A stretch of 64,000 nucleotides of DNA from an uncultured Saprospiraceae bacterium (GCA_964414425.1 CAYPWL010000007.1:20789-84788); one strand, 5' to 3'. Shown: positions 48,683 to 60,247, numbered from the stretch's first letter. Made by a program: numbers and translations. The notes: generated from the letters alone by a model not told the origin.

Positions 48683-49393
48683 CTATAACCCCAACATATC
48701 ATTCATGACATGTGGACCTTTCTTATCCATGATCCATTCGGCAGCTTTAATCGCTCCAACTGCAAATCCATCTCTGGTGTGCGCATTATGCGTCAATATA
48801 ATCTCATCGATGGGGGAGTTATAGTGTATAGTGTGCTTGCCATAGACTTCTCCCTCTCTATGAGATACTATTTTGACCTTTTGATCTTCGTCTTTTTCGA
48901 GTACCCAATCTTTGATTGTTGGTATGTTATCAATTAGGCCCTCAGCAGCAGTGATAGCTGTACCACTGGGTTTATCAAGTTTATGGATATGGTGTGTTTC
49001 ATCGACTTGTATGTCATAATCTTGATATGGAGCCATGAGTGCAGCAAGCTTTCTATTGATAGCGAAGAAGATGTTTACGCCAATACTATAATTAGATGCG
49101 TAGAAGAAACCTGTTTCCTGCTGTTTGCTGAGTTTGCATATCTCGTCATACTGATCGAGCCAACCTGTGGTCCCAGAGACAACAGGCAATCCTAATTCAA
49201 GGCAGAATTTTAAGTTGTCATAGGCAGACTCAGGTCGAGTAAACTCTATGGCAACATGACTCGATTTAGCATGCTTTGCCAAGTCATCAGGATTATTGAT
49301 GTCTATAACCCCCGTGATCTTATGGCCCATTCCTTCGGCTAATCGTTGTATGGTTTTTCCCATCTTACCGTATCCTATCAGAAGAATGTTCAT
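48683..49393 (-). CDS. dapB: 4-hydroxy-tetrahydrodipicolinate reductase
   Basis: MNILLIGYGKMGK Rossmann start (I place the start at 49393) and the E.HH..K.D.PSGTA catalytic block. Confidence 0.9.
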   Translation of the reverse strand: MNILLIGYGKMGKTIQRLAEGMGHKITGVIDINNPDDLAKHAKSSHVAIEFTRPESAYDNLKFCLELGLPVVSGTTGWLDQYDEICKLSKQQETGFFYASNYSIGVNIFFAINRKLAALMAPYQDYDIQVDETHHIHKLDKPSGTAITAAEGLIDNIPTIKDWVLEKDEDQKVKIVSHREGEVYGKHTIHYNSPIDEIILTHNAHTRDGFAVGAIKAAEWIMDKKGPHVMNDMLGL

Positions 49394-49440
49394 ATGAGTT
49401 GTATTGGTGTATTTTTGCCTCACAATTTTATGTGATCGCT

Positions 49441-50469
49441 ATGAGCTACAAAAATGAGATATTATTGGATGTATTCAAGGGGAAGTCTTTAGAAAGACCG
49501 CCGATATGGATTATGCGTCAAGCTGGCCGTATTCTTCCAGGCTACAGAAATATAAGATCCTCGGTTAGTGGATTTAAAGAATTAGTCAAGAGTCCTGATC
49601 TAATCGCAGAAGTAACTGTAGAGCCAATGGATGTGTTGGGTGTAGATGCGGCTATCCTGTTTTCGGATATTTTAGTGATACCTGAGGCTATGGGCTTAGA
49701 CTATGATATAGTCGAAAAGAAGGGTCCGCTTTTTCAAAAGACGGTATCGTCAGCTTCGGACGTAGACAAGTTGGTCAGTGGAGCACCTGTCATAGAGCAT
49801 CTCAGCTATGTTTTTGACTCGATACATAAGACTAAGGATCGGATCGACAACAGGAATCCACTCATTGGATTCAGTGGTGCGCCATGGACTTTGTTTGCGT
49901 ATATGGTTGAAGGGTCGGGGAGTAAAACCTTCTCTAAGGCGAGGAGGTTCTTGTATGAGCAACCGCAAGCCTCACATAAATTAATGTCTAAGATTACAGA
50001 TAGTATCATCGTTTACCTCCAAGAGAAGATTAATTGTGGAGTTGACCTGGTACAGCTATTTGACTCTTGGTCTGATATGCTACCTGTTGACCAGTATGAA
50101 GAGTTTGCATTGCCATATGTTCAGAGAATTTTTGACTCGATTGATGGAGTGCCCAAGATATTTTTTCCTAAGGGTGGATGGTCTCTGATACCACTATTTA
50201 AAGACCTCAAGATTGATGGATTATCGATAGATTGGAAGACCTCTCCTGCTTATATAAGAGAGCATTTGGGTGATAACATCGTATTGCAAGGCAACTTGGA
50301 TCCATGTCAATTATACGCTCCGGTTCTTGAGATCGAGGCTAAGACCCGCGATATGATCACGCAATTTGGTGGTCGTCATATCGTCAATTTGGGTCATGGG
50401 GTCTATCCAGATACATCTTATCAACATGTACAATCCTTTGTTCAGACTGTTAAGTCTTATAGATATTAA
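49441..50469 (+). CDS. hemE: Uroporphyrinogen decarboxylase
   Basis: PIWIMRQAGR signature and DAAILFSDILV. I place the start at MSYKNEILL (49441), 47 bp from the divergent dapB start. Confidence 0.93.
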   Translation: MSYKNEILLDVFKGKSLERPPIWIMRQAGRILPGYRNIRSSVSGFKELVKSPDLIAEVTVEPMDVLGVDAAILFSDILVIPEAMGLDYDIVEKKGPLFQKTVSSASDVDKLVSGAPVIEHLSYVFDSIHKTKDRIDNRNPLIGFSGAPWTLFAYMVEGSGSKTFSKARRFLYEQPQASHKLMSKITDSIIVYLQEKINCGVDLVQLFDSWSDMLPVDQYEEFALPYVQRIFDSIDGVPKIFFPKGGWSLIPLFKDLKIDGLSIDWKTSPAYIREHLGDNIVLQGNLDPCQLYAPVLEIEAKTRDMITQFGGRHIVNLGHGVYPDTSYQHVQSFVQTVKSYRY

Positions 50470-50591
50470 TGAGGTGAGTATACCCGGAAGATATAGTCTC
50501 TCGTCTGTGATTAATTGTTACATTCGCAAGGCAAATTATATTCCTGGTCAGAACAGATTATTTTATCAAGCCAAGATTTTAATGCTATTGT

Positions 50592-51437
50592 ATGGGTTGG
50601 TTTAAAAGACTTAGGGGAGGGATTCAGACTACCACGAGCGAGAAAAAAGAGGTGCCTGACGGCTTTTGGCAGAAATGCAAGTCGTGCGGAGGTACATACA
50701 CAGTTCTTGAGCTCGAGAAAAATCTATTCGTATGTCCTGGATGCGATTATCACTTCAGGATAGGCTCCCATGATTACTTCAATATTCTTTTTGGCAGTCG
50801 CTACAAGCTTATATTGGATGATATCAAATCCACTAATTTTTTAGATTGGACTGATCTAAAGTCATACGACGATCGTCTAAAGAAAGCTCATGAGCAAACG
50901 GCACTGTCAGATGCCATTAGTGTTGCTGTTGGAAAGGTTAATAAGAAACCTATTGTTATTGCCGCTATGGACTTCAGCTTTATTGGAGGATCTATGGGCT
51001 CAGTTGTTGGAGAAAAAATCGCACGATCAGTGGATTATTGTATCAAAGAGCGTATTCCACTGATGATCATCGCTAAGTCTGGGGGAGCACGGATGATGGA
51101 GTCAGCCTTCTCATTAATGCAACTGGCTAAGACATCTACTAAGTTGGCTCAGCTGGCCAGAGAAAAGATTCCTTATTTCTCCTTCCTTACAGATCCAACT
51201 ACAGGTGGTGTTACTGCGTCATTTGCAATGTTAGGAGATATCAACTTCAGTGAACCTCGAGCACTGATAGGATTTGCTGGTCCAAGAGTCATCAAAGAGA
51301 CGATCAAAAAGGACTTGCCAGAAGGATTTCAGACATCAGAATTTTTGTTGGATCACGGCTTTCTGGACTTTATTGTCCATAGATCGGAACTAAAAGTTAA
51401 GATCGATGACATGTTAAGTTATTTCGCCCCAGCATAA
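50592..51437 (+). CDS. accD: Acetyl-CoA carboxylase carboxyltransferase beta subunit
   Basis: MGWFKR start, zinc ribbon CKSCGG...CPGCDYHFR, and carboxyltransferase core ([23 protein letters not shown]). Confidence 0.93.
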   Translation: MGWFKRLRGGIQTTTSEKKEVPDGFWQKCKSCGGTYTVLELEKNLFVCPGCDYHFRIGSHDYFNILFGSRYKLILDDIKSTNFLDWTDLKSYDDRLKKAHEQTALSDAISVAVGKVNKKPIVIAAMDFSFIGGSMGSVVGEKIARSVDYCIKERIPLMIIAKSGGARMMESAFSLMQLAKTSTKLAQLAREKIPYFSFLTDPTTGGVTASFAMLGDINFSEPRALIGFAGPRVIKETIKKDLPEGFQTSEFLLDHGFLDFIVHRSELKVKIDDMLSYFAPA

Positions 51438-53065
51438 GATTCTGATTCTGCTAATAGAATTACTTTAAAGTTTTTATCCATAGGGTTTAGACATTCGATC
51501 ATCTGATCTATGAATGACTGTCCGTAGTTGAGATAGAACGGAATAAAGTTTTCATAGCGTTCTTGGAGTTTATCACTACTTGGGAAGAGTTTACCCTTAA
51601 GCTTACTGATCCTATTAATAGCAACTTCATTCTTGCGCTTTTCAGCCTTGATGAGTTTATTCTCCATATTACTCAGCACTTTTAGGAACTTAGCTTCATC
51701 CGCTTTTACGGCCCCTGATAGAGTCGGATCTATTTTAGTTGCACGCTCATGTAATTTCTCAAATAATGTTGCAGCTATATCGCGCTCTAACGAAAGATCT
51801 AATTCTGAAGTGCTCTGTTCTTTAGCATATTTAATTGCTACGAGATCATCTCGCTCAAATAGATCTGCTATCGATAACGATAGCTTCTGCGCTTGAGCTA
51901 ATGCCTTCTGATCTACTATTAAAGCCGAGTCTCGACGTATGAGCATAGGATAGGGGATCGACCACTGCTCAAACAGGGTTCCTCGCTCCATCCAATAGGC
52001 TAACTCTCCACCACCACCTACATAAGCTAAGTTAGGCAAGACTAACTCTTGATATATCGGACGTAAGACCACGTTTGGGCTAATGTGGCCAGGATGTTGT
52101 CGTAAGTAAGATATCAGTTCAGTTTTAGTGTAGGACTGATTATTTATTTCATAGTGATCCTCGTCGGTTTTAATAACTCGATGGCGATCTCCGTCATGGA
52201 TGAATATATTGACTTCTCTTGCATGAGCCTGGGACTTGAAGCCAGCGGTGTCTAATGCTTTTTGATCTGCATTAACAGCGTGATGAGACACTTCATCTTC
52301 TATATCCTTGATGATATATGGCAAAAGCTCAGTCTTGAGCTCAGCATCGTCCATATTGATTATCATCAATTCGGTATGCCTAAATAGATTGTGAGTCAAG
52401 GTCTGCATGAACTCGCCATATGTCTTGGCAGAGGTGAAAGCATCATCGATCAATTCCTTGAGTTTGCTGGCATGTGGCATTGAACCAAAAGTAGTCCTGA
52501 CCTCATTAAGTAGATCCTCCAATCCATCCAGCGTCATCCTTCCTACCGAACCTACTTGCTCGGTTTTCCAAGTGAAAGTCTTATTGAAGTAATTCAATGA
52601 TGCAATTTCATCAAAGTCGTGATCCTCACCACCCATGATGAATGTTGGGACAAACCTATATCCATCGTAGTGCTCAGTAAGATCGCGACATAGACTGATT
52701 ACACTACAGATCTTGATAATATAATAGAGTGGGCCTGTTAGTATAGAAGGTTGATGCGCCGTGATAACGGTAAAAGTTTTTTCTGACGTAAGCCCTTCAA
52801 TATTGTCTTTCAGCTTATCTGAGATCTTCTTGCCATTATATTGAGCTTTTACAACCTTGTGTAATAGCGCTCTGTTCGTTTTGAATTTTGATCGATTGCT
52901 GATCACCTCCTCAAATGCAGCGATACCCACATCATATTTATAGAATGGTCTTAAGGCGTCTGAATCTAACTGATAAGCCTTGTCCCGCTTTGAAAAATGA
53001 GGTATGTCCGAAAAAGAAATTGACTCTACAACTGGCACGTACAGGTATTTGAGAGAATGAATCAT
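51419..53065 (-). CDS. bshC: Bacillithiol biosynthesis cysteine-adding enzyme BshC
   Basis: About 548 aa with an [18 protein letters not shown] block (the BshC GQQ/HQP...GPLY..K signature), a GGGGELAYW block and a coiled-coil C-terminal third. Its 3' end overlaps accD by 19 nt (convergent). Confidence 0.8.
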   Translation of the reverse strand: MIHSLKYLYVPVVESISFSDIPHFSKRDKAYQLDSDALRPFYKYDVGIAAFEEVISNRSKFKTNRALLHKVVKAQYNGKKISDKLKDNIEGLTSEKTFTVITAHQPSILTGPLYYIIKICSVISLCRDLTEHYDGYRFVPTFIMGGEDHDFDEIASLNYFNKTFTWKTEQVGSVGRMTLDGLEDLLNEVRTTFGSMPHASKLKELIDDAFTSAKTYGEFMQTLTHNLFRHTELMIINMDDAELKTELLPYIIKDIEDEVSHHAVNADQKALDTAGFKSQAHAREVNIFIHDGDRHRVIKTDEDHYEINNQSYTKTELISYLRQHPGHISPNVVLRPIYQELVLPNLAYVGGGGELAYWMERGTLFEQWSIPYPMLIRRDSALIVDQKALAQAQKLSLSIADLFERDDLVAIKYAKEQSTSELDLSLERDIAATLFEKLHERATKIDPTLSGAVKADEAKFLKVLSNMENKLIKAEKRKNEVAINRISKLKGKLFPSSDKLQERYENFIPFYLNYGQSFIDQMIECLNPMDKNFKVILLAESESYAGAK

Positions 53066-53121
53066 AAAACAAATGATAAAATTTACCTTGTGTTTAAAAT
53101 CTTTGATTAATTCTCGGATAA

Positions 53122-54171
53122 ATGTTGTCTCTATTTGTACGTAAGGCTATGTATGCAGTCGTCGTGATTGTTTTAGTTGTGATAATTATTACGTCAATTA
53201 TTTTCAATGCACCTGTTGATCCTACCCGGTTGACGTTCGGTCAACGAATGGATGAGAAAACCGTTGAACTAAAAAAACAACAACTGGGCCTTGATCAACC
53301 GTATCATGTTCAGCTCAGGAGATACATAGTAGATCTCTCTCCATTATTTATCGGTCCTAAGCTTAATTGGAAGCCAGACTATAATGGAATTCGTATAAGT
53401 ATAGCTGACAGTTATGCTGTTGGTCTAAAGCTTCCTCATTTCAGAGAATCTTATCAGACGGGTAGATCGGTTTCAGAGATCTTGCGTCAGGCTTTTCCTC
53501 TGACTATAATTTTGGCTACAGCCTCATTAGTGTTAGCATTAGTTTTAGGACTTATTTGTGGAGTTGTAGCGGCGCTTAAGCAAAATAGCTGGGTGGATAA
53601 GTTTATAGTGGCGATCTCTACCTTGGGATACTCTGTACCGAGTTATGTGACTGCGATAGTCTTAGGAGTGATATTCGGATATTATTTGAGATCGACCTTT
53701 GGGTTAAATATTCAAGGCAGTTTATTCGAGATTAATGACTTGGGTGATGATATCATCGTCTGGAAGAATCTACTCTTGCCAGCAATAGCACTGGGGATAC
53801 GGCCTATCGCAATTATTACTCAACTCACTCGCAGCGCTGTTATTAATGTCCTCGATGAGAAATATATTTTAGTCGCAAGATCCAAAGGAGTAAGTCAATA
53901 CAAGCTTATACGAGATCATGTCTTACGTAATGCCTTTAATCCAATATTGACAGCACTGAGTGGGTGGTTCGCAGCATTGCTCGCAGGAGCTTTTTTTGTA
54001 GAGTTTATATTCAACTTTAAGGGAATTGGGTTCGTCACGGTTACTGCGCTGCTCAATTATGATGTTCCCGTAATATTAGGTTCATTAGTATGTACCAGTA
54101 GCTTGTTTATTCTTATTAACATTGTGGTCGATATGCTTTACAGCTTTTTAGATCCAAGAGTAAAATATTAG
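53122..54171 (+). CDS. ABC transporter permease (DppB/OppB-like binding-protein-dependent transport family)
   Basis: Six TM segments and an EAA-like loop (ARSKGVSQYKLIRDHVLRNA). No cognate ATPase or binding protein lies in the window. Confidence 0.8.
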   Translation: MLSLFVRKAMYAVVVIVLVVIIITSIIFNAPVDPTRLTFGQRMDEKTVELKKQQLGLDQPYHVQLRRYIVDLSPLFIGPKLNWKPDYNGIRISIADSYAVGLKLPHFRESYQTGRSVSEILRQAFPLTIILATASLVLALVLGLICGVVAALKQNSWVDKFIVAISTLGYSVPSYVTAIVLGVIFGYYLRSTFGLNIQGSLFEINDLGDDIIVWKNLLLPAIALGIRPIAIITQLTRSAVINVLDEKYILVARSKGVSQYKLIRDHVLRNAFNPILTALSGWFAALLAGAFFVEFIFNFKGIGFVTVTALLNYDVPVILGSLVCTSSLFILINIVVDMLYSFLDPRVKY

Positions 54172-54174
54172 GAG

Positions 54175-55356
54175 ATGTCCGATCAGAATTTATCGAGGTA
54201 TGATCTGCGAGGCGTGTCTGCCTCAAAGTCTGAAGTGCACGATGCAATAAAAGATATGGATAAAGGTCTATACCCGCTAGCCTTTTGCAAGGTGTTACCG
54301 GACTTAGTGGGCGGTAATCAGGACTATTGCAATATCATGCATGCGGATACAGCTGGGACTAAGACGAGCTTGGCATATATCTATTGGCGAGAGACTAATG
54401 ACCTATCGGTATGGGCAGGTATAGTTCAAGATAGCATAGTGATGAATGTTGATGATATGGCCTGTGTGGGTTGTATAGATGATGTCATTATATCATCTAC
54501 AGTAGGACGTAATAAGTCCGTAATACCGGGGACGATCATCACAGCGGTCATCCAAGCAGCAGATACTTTTATCAAAAAGATGGCTGAGCATGATGTCAGC
54601 ATCCATCTATCTGGTGGAGAGACTGCAGATGTAGGTGATATCGTACGGACTATAGATGTTGGGATAACAGCGTTTGGCAGAATGCCTCGCAGAGATGTCA
54701 TCCGCAATGAGATCAAATCAGGAGACGTAATTGTTGGCTTGGCATCTTACGGTCAAGCTACTTATGAGTCAGAGTATAATGGAGGTATGGGCAGCAATGG
54801 TCTAACCTCAGCTCGTCATGACATCTTCGCTAAAGTGTATCGCGCCAAATATCCCGAAAGTTATAACCCTAATACCCCAGAGCATCTCATCTATTCTGGA
54901 AGTAGAGAGTTAACTGAGTCAATAGATATCACTGATGATCTAAGAATCTCTGCTGGTAAGTTGATCCTGTCACCGACAAGAACATATATCCCAATCATAA
55001 AGCAGATGCTATCTCAGCATAGAGGAAGTATTAATGGGATGATTCATTGTACGGGTGGTGCACAAACTAAAGTCATGAAGTTTGTTCACAATAAGCGTGT
55101 GATTAAGGATAATCTATTGCCCATACCACCGCTTTTTCAATTGATAGAGACTGAGTCTCAGACCACAAGGCAGGAAATGTATGAAGTATTCAATATGGGG
55201 CATAGATTAGAAGTCTATACTGATGCCTCTACAGCCCAGTCGCTAATAGAAATATCTAAGAGCTTCAATGTAGATGCTCAGATCATAGGTAGGGTAGAAG
55301 ATCACAGCCACAATGAGTTGATCATCAAGGATGATCAGGGCACCTATACGTATTAA
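54175..55356 (+). CDS. purM: AIR synthase-family protein (probable phosphoribosylformylglycinamidine cyclo-ligase, Bacteroidota-type PurM)
   Basis: PurM-like N-domain (DTAGTKT, MNVDDMACVG) and C-domain (HCTGGAQTK, FNMGHR). It is longer than E. coli PurM, so I call the function at family level. Confidence 0.65.
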   Translation: MSDQNLSRYDLRGVSASKSEVHDAIKDMDKGLYPLAFCKVLPDLVGGNQDYCNIMHADTAGTKTSLAYIYWRETNDLSVWAGIVQDSIVMNVDDMACVGCIDDVIISSTVGRNKSVIPGTIITAVIQAADTFIKKMAEHDVSIHLSGGETADVGDIVRTIDVGITAFGRMPRRDVIRNEIKSGDVIVGLASYGQATYESEYNGGMGSNGLTSARHDIFAKVYRAKYPESYNPNTPEHLIYSGSRELTESIDITDDLRISAGKLILSPTRTYIPIIKQMLSQHRGSINGMIHCTGGAQTKVMKFVHNKRVIKDNLLPIPPLFQLIETESQTTRQEMYEVFNMGHRLEVYTDASTAQSLIEISKSFNVDAQIIGRVEDHSHNELIIKDDQGTYTY

Positions 55357-56666
55357 GCGTAGCCAATGTAGTTGTACGGAGTAATACCTCGTAGTTCACT
55401 TTTAAGCTCGTCAGTGGCATCGAGATCATTCATAAATTGATCAAAATCTTCCTTGCTCAGTTTCCCTTTTCCTCGAGAGAAAGCTTTGAGCAGTTCATAT
55501 GGCTTTTCAAAGCCTTCTCTTTTTAGTACGGTCTGAATGGCTTCTGCCACTACGGCCCAGTTATCCAATAGGTCTTTCTCTATTTTCTCCTTGTTGACCT
55601 CTAATTTTTTGATGCCTTTCTGGAGACTCTGCATGGCCACCATGATATGACCGAATGGGACACCGATATTACGAGTAACAGTGCTATCTGTCAAGTCTCT
55701 CTGTAGTCGTGATACAGGCAGTTTTTCTGCCAGATAACCGAGTAAGGCATTAGCCAACCCAAGGTTGCCCTCAGCATTTTCAAAGTCGATAGGGTTTACC
55801 TTGTGCGGCATAGCGCTACTACCAACTTCATTGGCGACTACCTTTTGCCTAAAGTAGTTCATGCTGATATAAGCCCAGATGTCACGAGCAAAGTCTATGT
55901 ATATAGTGTTGATCCTTATAAGTATCTGAAACAGCTCTGCCAGTCCGTCGTAATTGTCTATCTGAGTTGTATATACTTGGCGTTTAAGTCCAAGTGATGC
56001 AATCATCTGATTGATCTCATTAGGCCAGTCATGGCTCGGATAGGACACCTTATGAGCATTGAAGTTACCAGTAGCTCCACCAAACTTAGCTGTATGTTCA
56101 AATTCCTTGAGTTTCTCCAGTTGTATCCCCATTCTGTATTCGAATACTTTCATCTCTTTTCCAAGAGTTGTTGGGCTGGCAGGTTGGCCATGAGTATGAG
56201 CCAAGAGGGGGATGTCTTTGTAATCTTCAGATAAGCCAGCCAGTAACTCAAGACAATTGTCAAGATCAGGTATGATCACCTCATTGATAGCGTCACGCAC
56301 CATCATCGGCATAGCAGTATTGTTGATATCCTGACTGGTTAATCCAAAGTGTATAAATTCCAGATGGTTGTCATCAATAGTACCAAGCAGTGATTCCTTG
56401 AGGAAATACTCTATAGCCTTCACATCATGATTCGTTACTTTCTCGATGCTCTTAACTCGTTCATATGAGCTCATATCGAGAGTTGATAGGAAGCTGTCTA
56501 TATCTACACCCTCGGCATCTATGATATTCATCTTGCACAGATGATTGTAATAGGCCAACTCAACATGTATTCTATATTTCATTAAGGCTGCCTCGGAGAA
56601 ATAATCTTGCAAGGATGCAGTCTTAGAGGCATAGCGCCCATCTATTGGAGAGATAGCTTTTAACAT
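55353..56666 (-). CDS. purB: Adenylosuccinate lyase
   Basis: SPIDGRYASKT start region, HGQPASPTT, and the fumarate-lyase signature SSAMPHKVNP. Confidence 0.93.
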   Translation of the reverse strand: MLKAISPIDGRYASKTASLQDYFSEAALMKYRIHVELAYYNHLCKMNIIDAEGVDIDSFLSTLDMSSYERVKSIEKVTNHDVKAIEYFLKESLLGTIDDNHLEFIHFGLTSQDINNTAMPMMVRDAINEVIIPDLDNCLELLAGLSEDYKDIPLLAHTHGQPASPTTLGKEMKVFEYRMGIQLEKLKEFEHTAKFGGATGNFNAHKVSYPSHDWPNEINQMIASLGLKRQVYTTQIDNYDGLAELFQILIRINTIYIDFARDIWAYISMNYFRQKVVANEVGSSAMPHKVNPIDFENAEGNLGLANALLGYLAEKLPVSRLQRDLTDSTVTRNIGVPFGHIMVAMQSLQKGIKKLEVNKEKIEKDLLDNWAVVAEAIQTVLKREGFEKPYELLKAFSRGKGKLSKEDFDQFMNDLDATDELKSELRGITPYNYIGYA

Positions 56667-58721
56667 TTACTTTTCATTTCTTTTTATATAGGCATAAGTC
56701 TCCATCTGCGATCGGATCTGGAGTTTATCTTTTTCTCTCCTGTAGACATTCGTCTCGTTGTAGTTCAGGGATCTGGCTTTTACATTATCCTTTAGTTGTA
56801 GATCCATAAGATTTTGAAGATGACTCTTGATGATATCATCATAGATGGGGAACACGACCTCGATTCTTTTGTATAGATTGCGATACATAAAGTCCGCAGA
56901 AGACATGAAGTACTTAGGATCACCACTGTTATGGAATATAAATACCCTACTATGCTCTAAGAATCTATCTACTATGCTGTAGGCCTCGATATTTTCACTG
57001 AACATATCCGCCTTAGGGACTAATGAGCATATACCTCGTATGATCATTTTAACCTTAACTCCTGCCTGGCTGGCTTTATAGAGGAGGTCAATCATAGTTG
57101 GGTCCTGAAGGCTATTCATTTTGAGGAATATTTTTGCCTTATTACCTTTTTTAGCATTGACAATTTCCTGTTCGATACATGCGATTAGGTCAGTTGTCAT
57201 GTTGAACTGCCCTACCTTCAGGTGATCGAACTGTATGCCAGTACGATCCATCGATTCTAAAAAATTAAAGAGCTTAATAGCATCTTGTGTCAGACGTGGA
57301 TCCGCCGTAAACATTCCAAAATCAGAATAGACATGGGCGGTCTTCTCATGAAAATTCCCTGTACTTAGGTAGCTGTAGATTTTTTGACCTTGATTGGTTT
57401 GCTTGATTACAGTAGCGATTTTAGCATGCACCTTGATTCCTGGTATACTGTAGTGCACCTTAACGCCTGCAGCTTCAAGGCGCTCGCCCCATTGTAGATT
57501 TGCCTCTTCGTCAAATCTTGCCTTAACCTCTATAAAGGCAAATACTTGTTTCCCTAAACTTGCTGCTTTAATCAGCGCATCCATGATGCGACTCTCTGAT
57601 GCAACACGATACTGAACGATCTTAATATGAGTTACATCAGGGTCCATAGCGGCGGCCTCAAAGAAATTTACGACTGACTGATAGCTATGATATGGAGGGT
57701 GGATTAAGTGATCTTTCTGCTCCAGGGCATGAAATATTTTTTCTGGATCTTCTAACTCATCTACCGATATCGGAGTTAGCGGAGTCTCTGTGAGATACTT
57801 GCGGCCAAATGACGGAAACTTAAAGAAATCCGAATTATTATGATATCGACCTTCGGGAAGTAAATCGTAATCATCTAAATCAAATATTTTGAGCAACGCT
57901 TTCAAGAAGTCTTGGGGCATACTCTTGTCATACACCAATCTTGATGCTGGACCTATCTGGCGCTTTTTGATGCTATTTTTAATCTTGGAGAGTAGATCTC
58001 CCGAAAACTCATCATCGATGTACAGCTCTGCATCACGAGTGAGCTTTATGCTGTAAGACTCAATTATTTCATATCCTGGAAATATCCAGCTGATACAGTG
58101 TCTTACTACGTCATCTATCATGATGATGACGTGCTCTTGGTCATTATCATTGGGTAGTTCGATGAACCTTTTGAGCTCGTCTGATGGTACTTTTACAATT
58201 GCAAGCCGTTTTTCTTTGGTTTTGAGATCTTCTAAGTTAAGAGCTAAGTACAATGCACCATTGGTAAGGAATGGCTTGATTTTTTGCTTGTTGAGGAGCA
58301 CTGGCTGCACATAAGGCAGCATGTTTTCGGTAAAATAGTTTTCAATAAACTCCTTCTGCTCCATATTCATCTCCTGCCTTCTGATGAGATGAATTCCTTC
58401 CTTAGCGAGTTTCGGTAGAATCTGAGTGAAAAATATATGGCTGAACTCCGCCTTTTGATCACTGACGATGCTGAGTATCTGCCGTAACAGCGCCTTAGGT
58501 TCAAATCCGAGATCTCTGCGGGTTTTTTTTCCGATCCGCAGTAGATTGCGATGATTAGCAACTCGTACTCTGAAAAATTCATCCAGATTAGAGGAGTAGA
58601 TTGCTAAGAACTTAAGCTTTTCGAGTAACGGTACAGTTGGATCTTTAGCTTCCTGTAGGACTCGATAATTAAATTCCAGCCAACTTATATCTCGATGTAC
58701 ATATGGTGTGATGGTTTCCAT
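56667..58721 (-). CDS. ppk1: Polyphosphate kinase 1
   Basis: RDISWLEFN.RVL.EA start region and two PLD-like HKD segments (IKVHAKI...; RFLEHSRVF). The stop codon abuts the purB ATG (TAAATG on the minus strand). Confidence 0.93.
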   Translation of the reverse strand: METITPYVHRDISWLEFNYRVLQEAKDPTVPLLEKLKFLAIYSSNLDEFFRVRVANHRNLLRIGKKTRRDLGFEPKALLRQILSIVSDQKAEFSHIFFTQILPKLAKEGIHLIRRQEMNMEQKEFIENYFTENMLPYVQPVLLNKQKIKPFLTNGALYLALNLEDLKTKEKRLAIVKVPSDELKRFIELPNDNDQEHVIIMIDDVVRHCISWIFPGYEIIESYSIKLTRDAELYIDDEFSGDLLSKIKNSIKKRQIGPASRLVYDKSMPQDFLKALLKIFDLDDYDLLPEGRYHNNSDFFKFPSFGRKYLTETPLTPISVDELEDPEKIFHALEQKDHLIHPPYHSYQSVVNFFEAAAMDPDVTHIKIVQYRVASESRIMDALIKAASLGKQVFAFIEVKARFDEEANLQWGERLEAAGVKVHYSIPGIKVHAKIATVIKQTNQGQKIYSYLSTGNFHEKTAHVYSDFGMFTADPRLTQDAIKLFNFLESMDRTGIQFDHLKVGQFNMTTDLIACIEQEIVNAKKGNKAKIFLKMNSLQDPTMIDLLYKASQAGVKVKMIIRGICSLVPKADMFSENIEAYSIVDRFLEHSRVFIFHNSGDPKYFMSSADFMYRNLYKRIEVVFPIYDDIIKSHLQNLMDLQLKDNVKARSLNYNETNVYRREKDKLQIRSQMETYAYIKRNEK

Positions 58722-58831
58722 GAGTCCTCTTAAATTTAGCCCAAAAGTAAGTTTTATAATAAAGGAAATTATACTTTCGACTTTATTATAAGGATGTGAT
58801 TATCACATGCTGTTTATATATAAGTCATCTC

Positions 58832-59590
58832 ATGAAAAGAAAGAAAATAGCAGCAGCTAATTGGAAAATGAATACTACAGTGACTGAGGGTCACGAACTA
58901 CTCTCAGCATTAGTGAGTCAAGATAAAAAAGACGACGTAGACGTTGTTATATGTGCTCCATGCACGCATCTATATGCCCTCAGTGATGTGGTTGCAAGTC
59001 AGGATAGGGTACAACTGGGTGCACAAAATATGAGTCAGCATCTCAAAGGTGCTTATACAGGCGAAGTCTCGGCACACATGATTAAGTCATGTAAAGCAAG
59101 CCATGTAGTAATCGGTCACTCAGAACGTCGGCAGCACTTTGGCGAGGATGATCAACTCCTCAGTGCGAAGCTGGGTGTAGCACTAAACAATGACTTGACT
59201 CCGATATTCTGTTGTGGAGAGTCTCTGGATATTAGGAAGTCTGGTAATCATGTCAATCATGTAATTAATCAGCTTGATACCGCCCTAAGTCCTTACAGTG
59301 CCGATGACCTCAGGGATTTGGTGATAGCCTATGAGCCTATCTGGGCGATTGGAACTGGCGAGACTGCATCACCTGCACAAGCACAAGAGATGCACTTGGC
59401 TATCAGAGAGTTCTTAAAAAAGAAGTTTGGTGCAGAGATGGCCGAACATACCCCAATTCTTTATGGAGGTTCTGTAAAACCACATAATGCCGCTGAATTA
59501 TTCAGAAATCCCGATGTTGATGGTGGATTAGTTGGAGGTGCGAGCTTGGATGCCTCAGGGTTTGCTCAGATCATCAACAGTTTTGAGTAA
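58832..59590 (+). CDS. tpiA: Triose-phosphate isomerase
   Basis: AANWKMN, IGHSERR and AYEPIWAIGTG motifs. I place the start at MKRKKIAA (58832). Confidence 0.93.
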   Translation: MKRKKIAAANWKMNTTVTEGHELLSALVSQDKKDDVDVVICAPCTHLYALSDVVASQDRVQLGAQNMSQHLKGAYTGEVSAHMIKSCKASHVVIGHSERRQHFGEDDQLLSAKLGVALNNDLTPIFCCGESLDIRKSGNHVNHVINQLDTALSPYSADDLRDLVIAYEPIWAIGTGETASPAQAQEMHLAIREFLKKKFGAEMAEHTPILYGGSVKPHNAAELFRNPDVDGGLVGGASLDASGFAQIINSFE

Positions 59591-59767
59591 GGATGCGCTA
59601 ATAATTCCTCGATACTAAGGATAGTCCCCAATAGAATAATATTGGGATATACTCATCAATATAGTGGGTTAGAAAAATTAATGGGCAAGAAATTGGCCTT
59701 TCTAAAAATATAGATTAAAAAAATCTATCTTTGTTGAAATATAATTCTTACCACCACATGTAACGTT

Positions 59768-60241
59768 ATGGAAAGCAAATTAGATAGCATAGACTTAAAG
59801 ATTCTCAGATTACTACAGGAGAATAGCAAGATTACAAATCTGGAATTATCTAAAAGAATTGGACTTTCACCTGCACCGACATTGGAGAGGGTCAAAAAAT
59901 TAGAGCAATCTGGAGTTATAAAATCATATCACGCCAAAGTAGATGGGAGTAAGCTTGGATTGAGTGTAAGTACATTTGTATTGGTTTCATTGGCTTGGCA
60001 AAAAGATAATGCCCTCGACAATTTCATCGATAAGATCCAAAGTATCGATGAAGTAACTGAGGCGTATATCATTACAGGTGATGGCGATTTATTACTAAGG
60101 ATTATATGCAAGGATATACCGGCATATGAACAGCTGCTGTTCAAAAAGCTATCTCAAATAGAAGAAGTTGAGCGACTCAAAACATTGATGACTTTGTCTA
60201 AGATCAAAAAGTCTAAAGTCCTTCCTTTTTCTTACGAATAA
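59768..60241 (+). CDS. Lrp/AsnC-family transcriptional regulator
   Basis: LDSIDLKILRLLQENSKITNLELSKRIGLSPAPTLERVKKLE HTH plus a RAM domain. It is a paralogue of the gene at 4028-4492. Confidence 0.88.
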   Translation: MESKLDSIDLKILRLLQENSKITNLELSKRIGLSPAPTLERVKKLEQSGVIKSYHAKVDGSKLGLSVSTFVLVSLAWQKDNALDNFIDKIQSIDEVTEAYIITGDGDLLLRIICKDIPAYEQLLFKKLSQIEEVERLKTLMTLSKIKKSKVLPFSYE

Positions 60242-60247
60242 GTTCTA

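Noticed and set aside
59710-59728. AT-rich hairpins between tpiA and the Lrp gene (ATAGATT-A5-AATCTAT here; CCCAATA...TATTGGG near 59627-59646).
   Set aside because: The stems are short (7 bp) and AT-rich, with no following U-run. They cannot be told apart from background.
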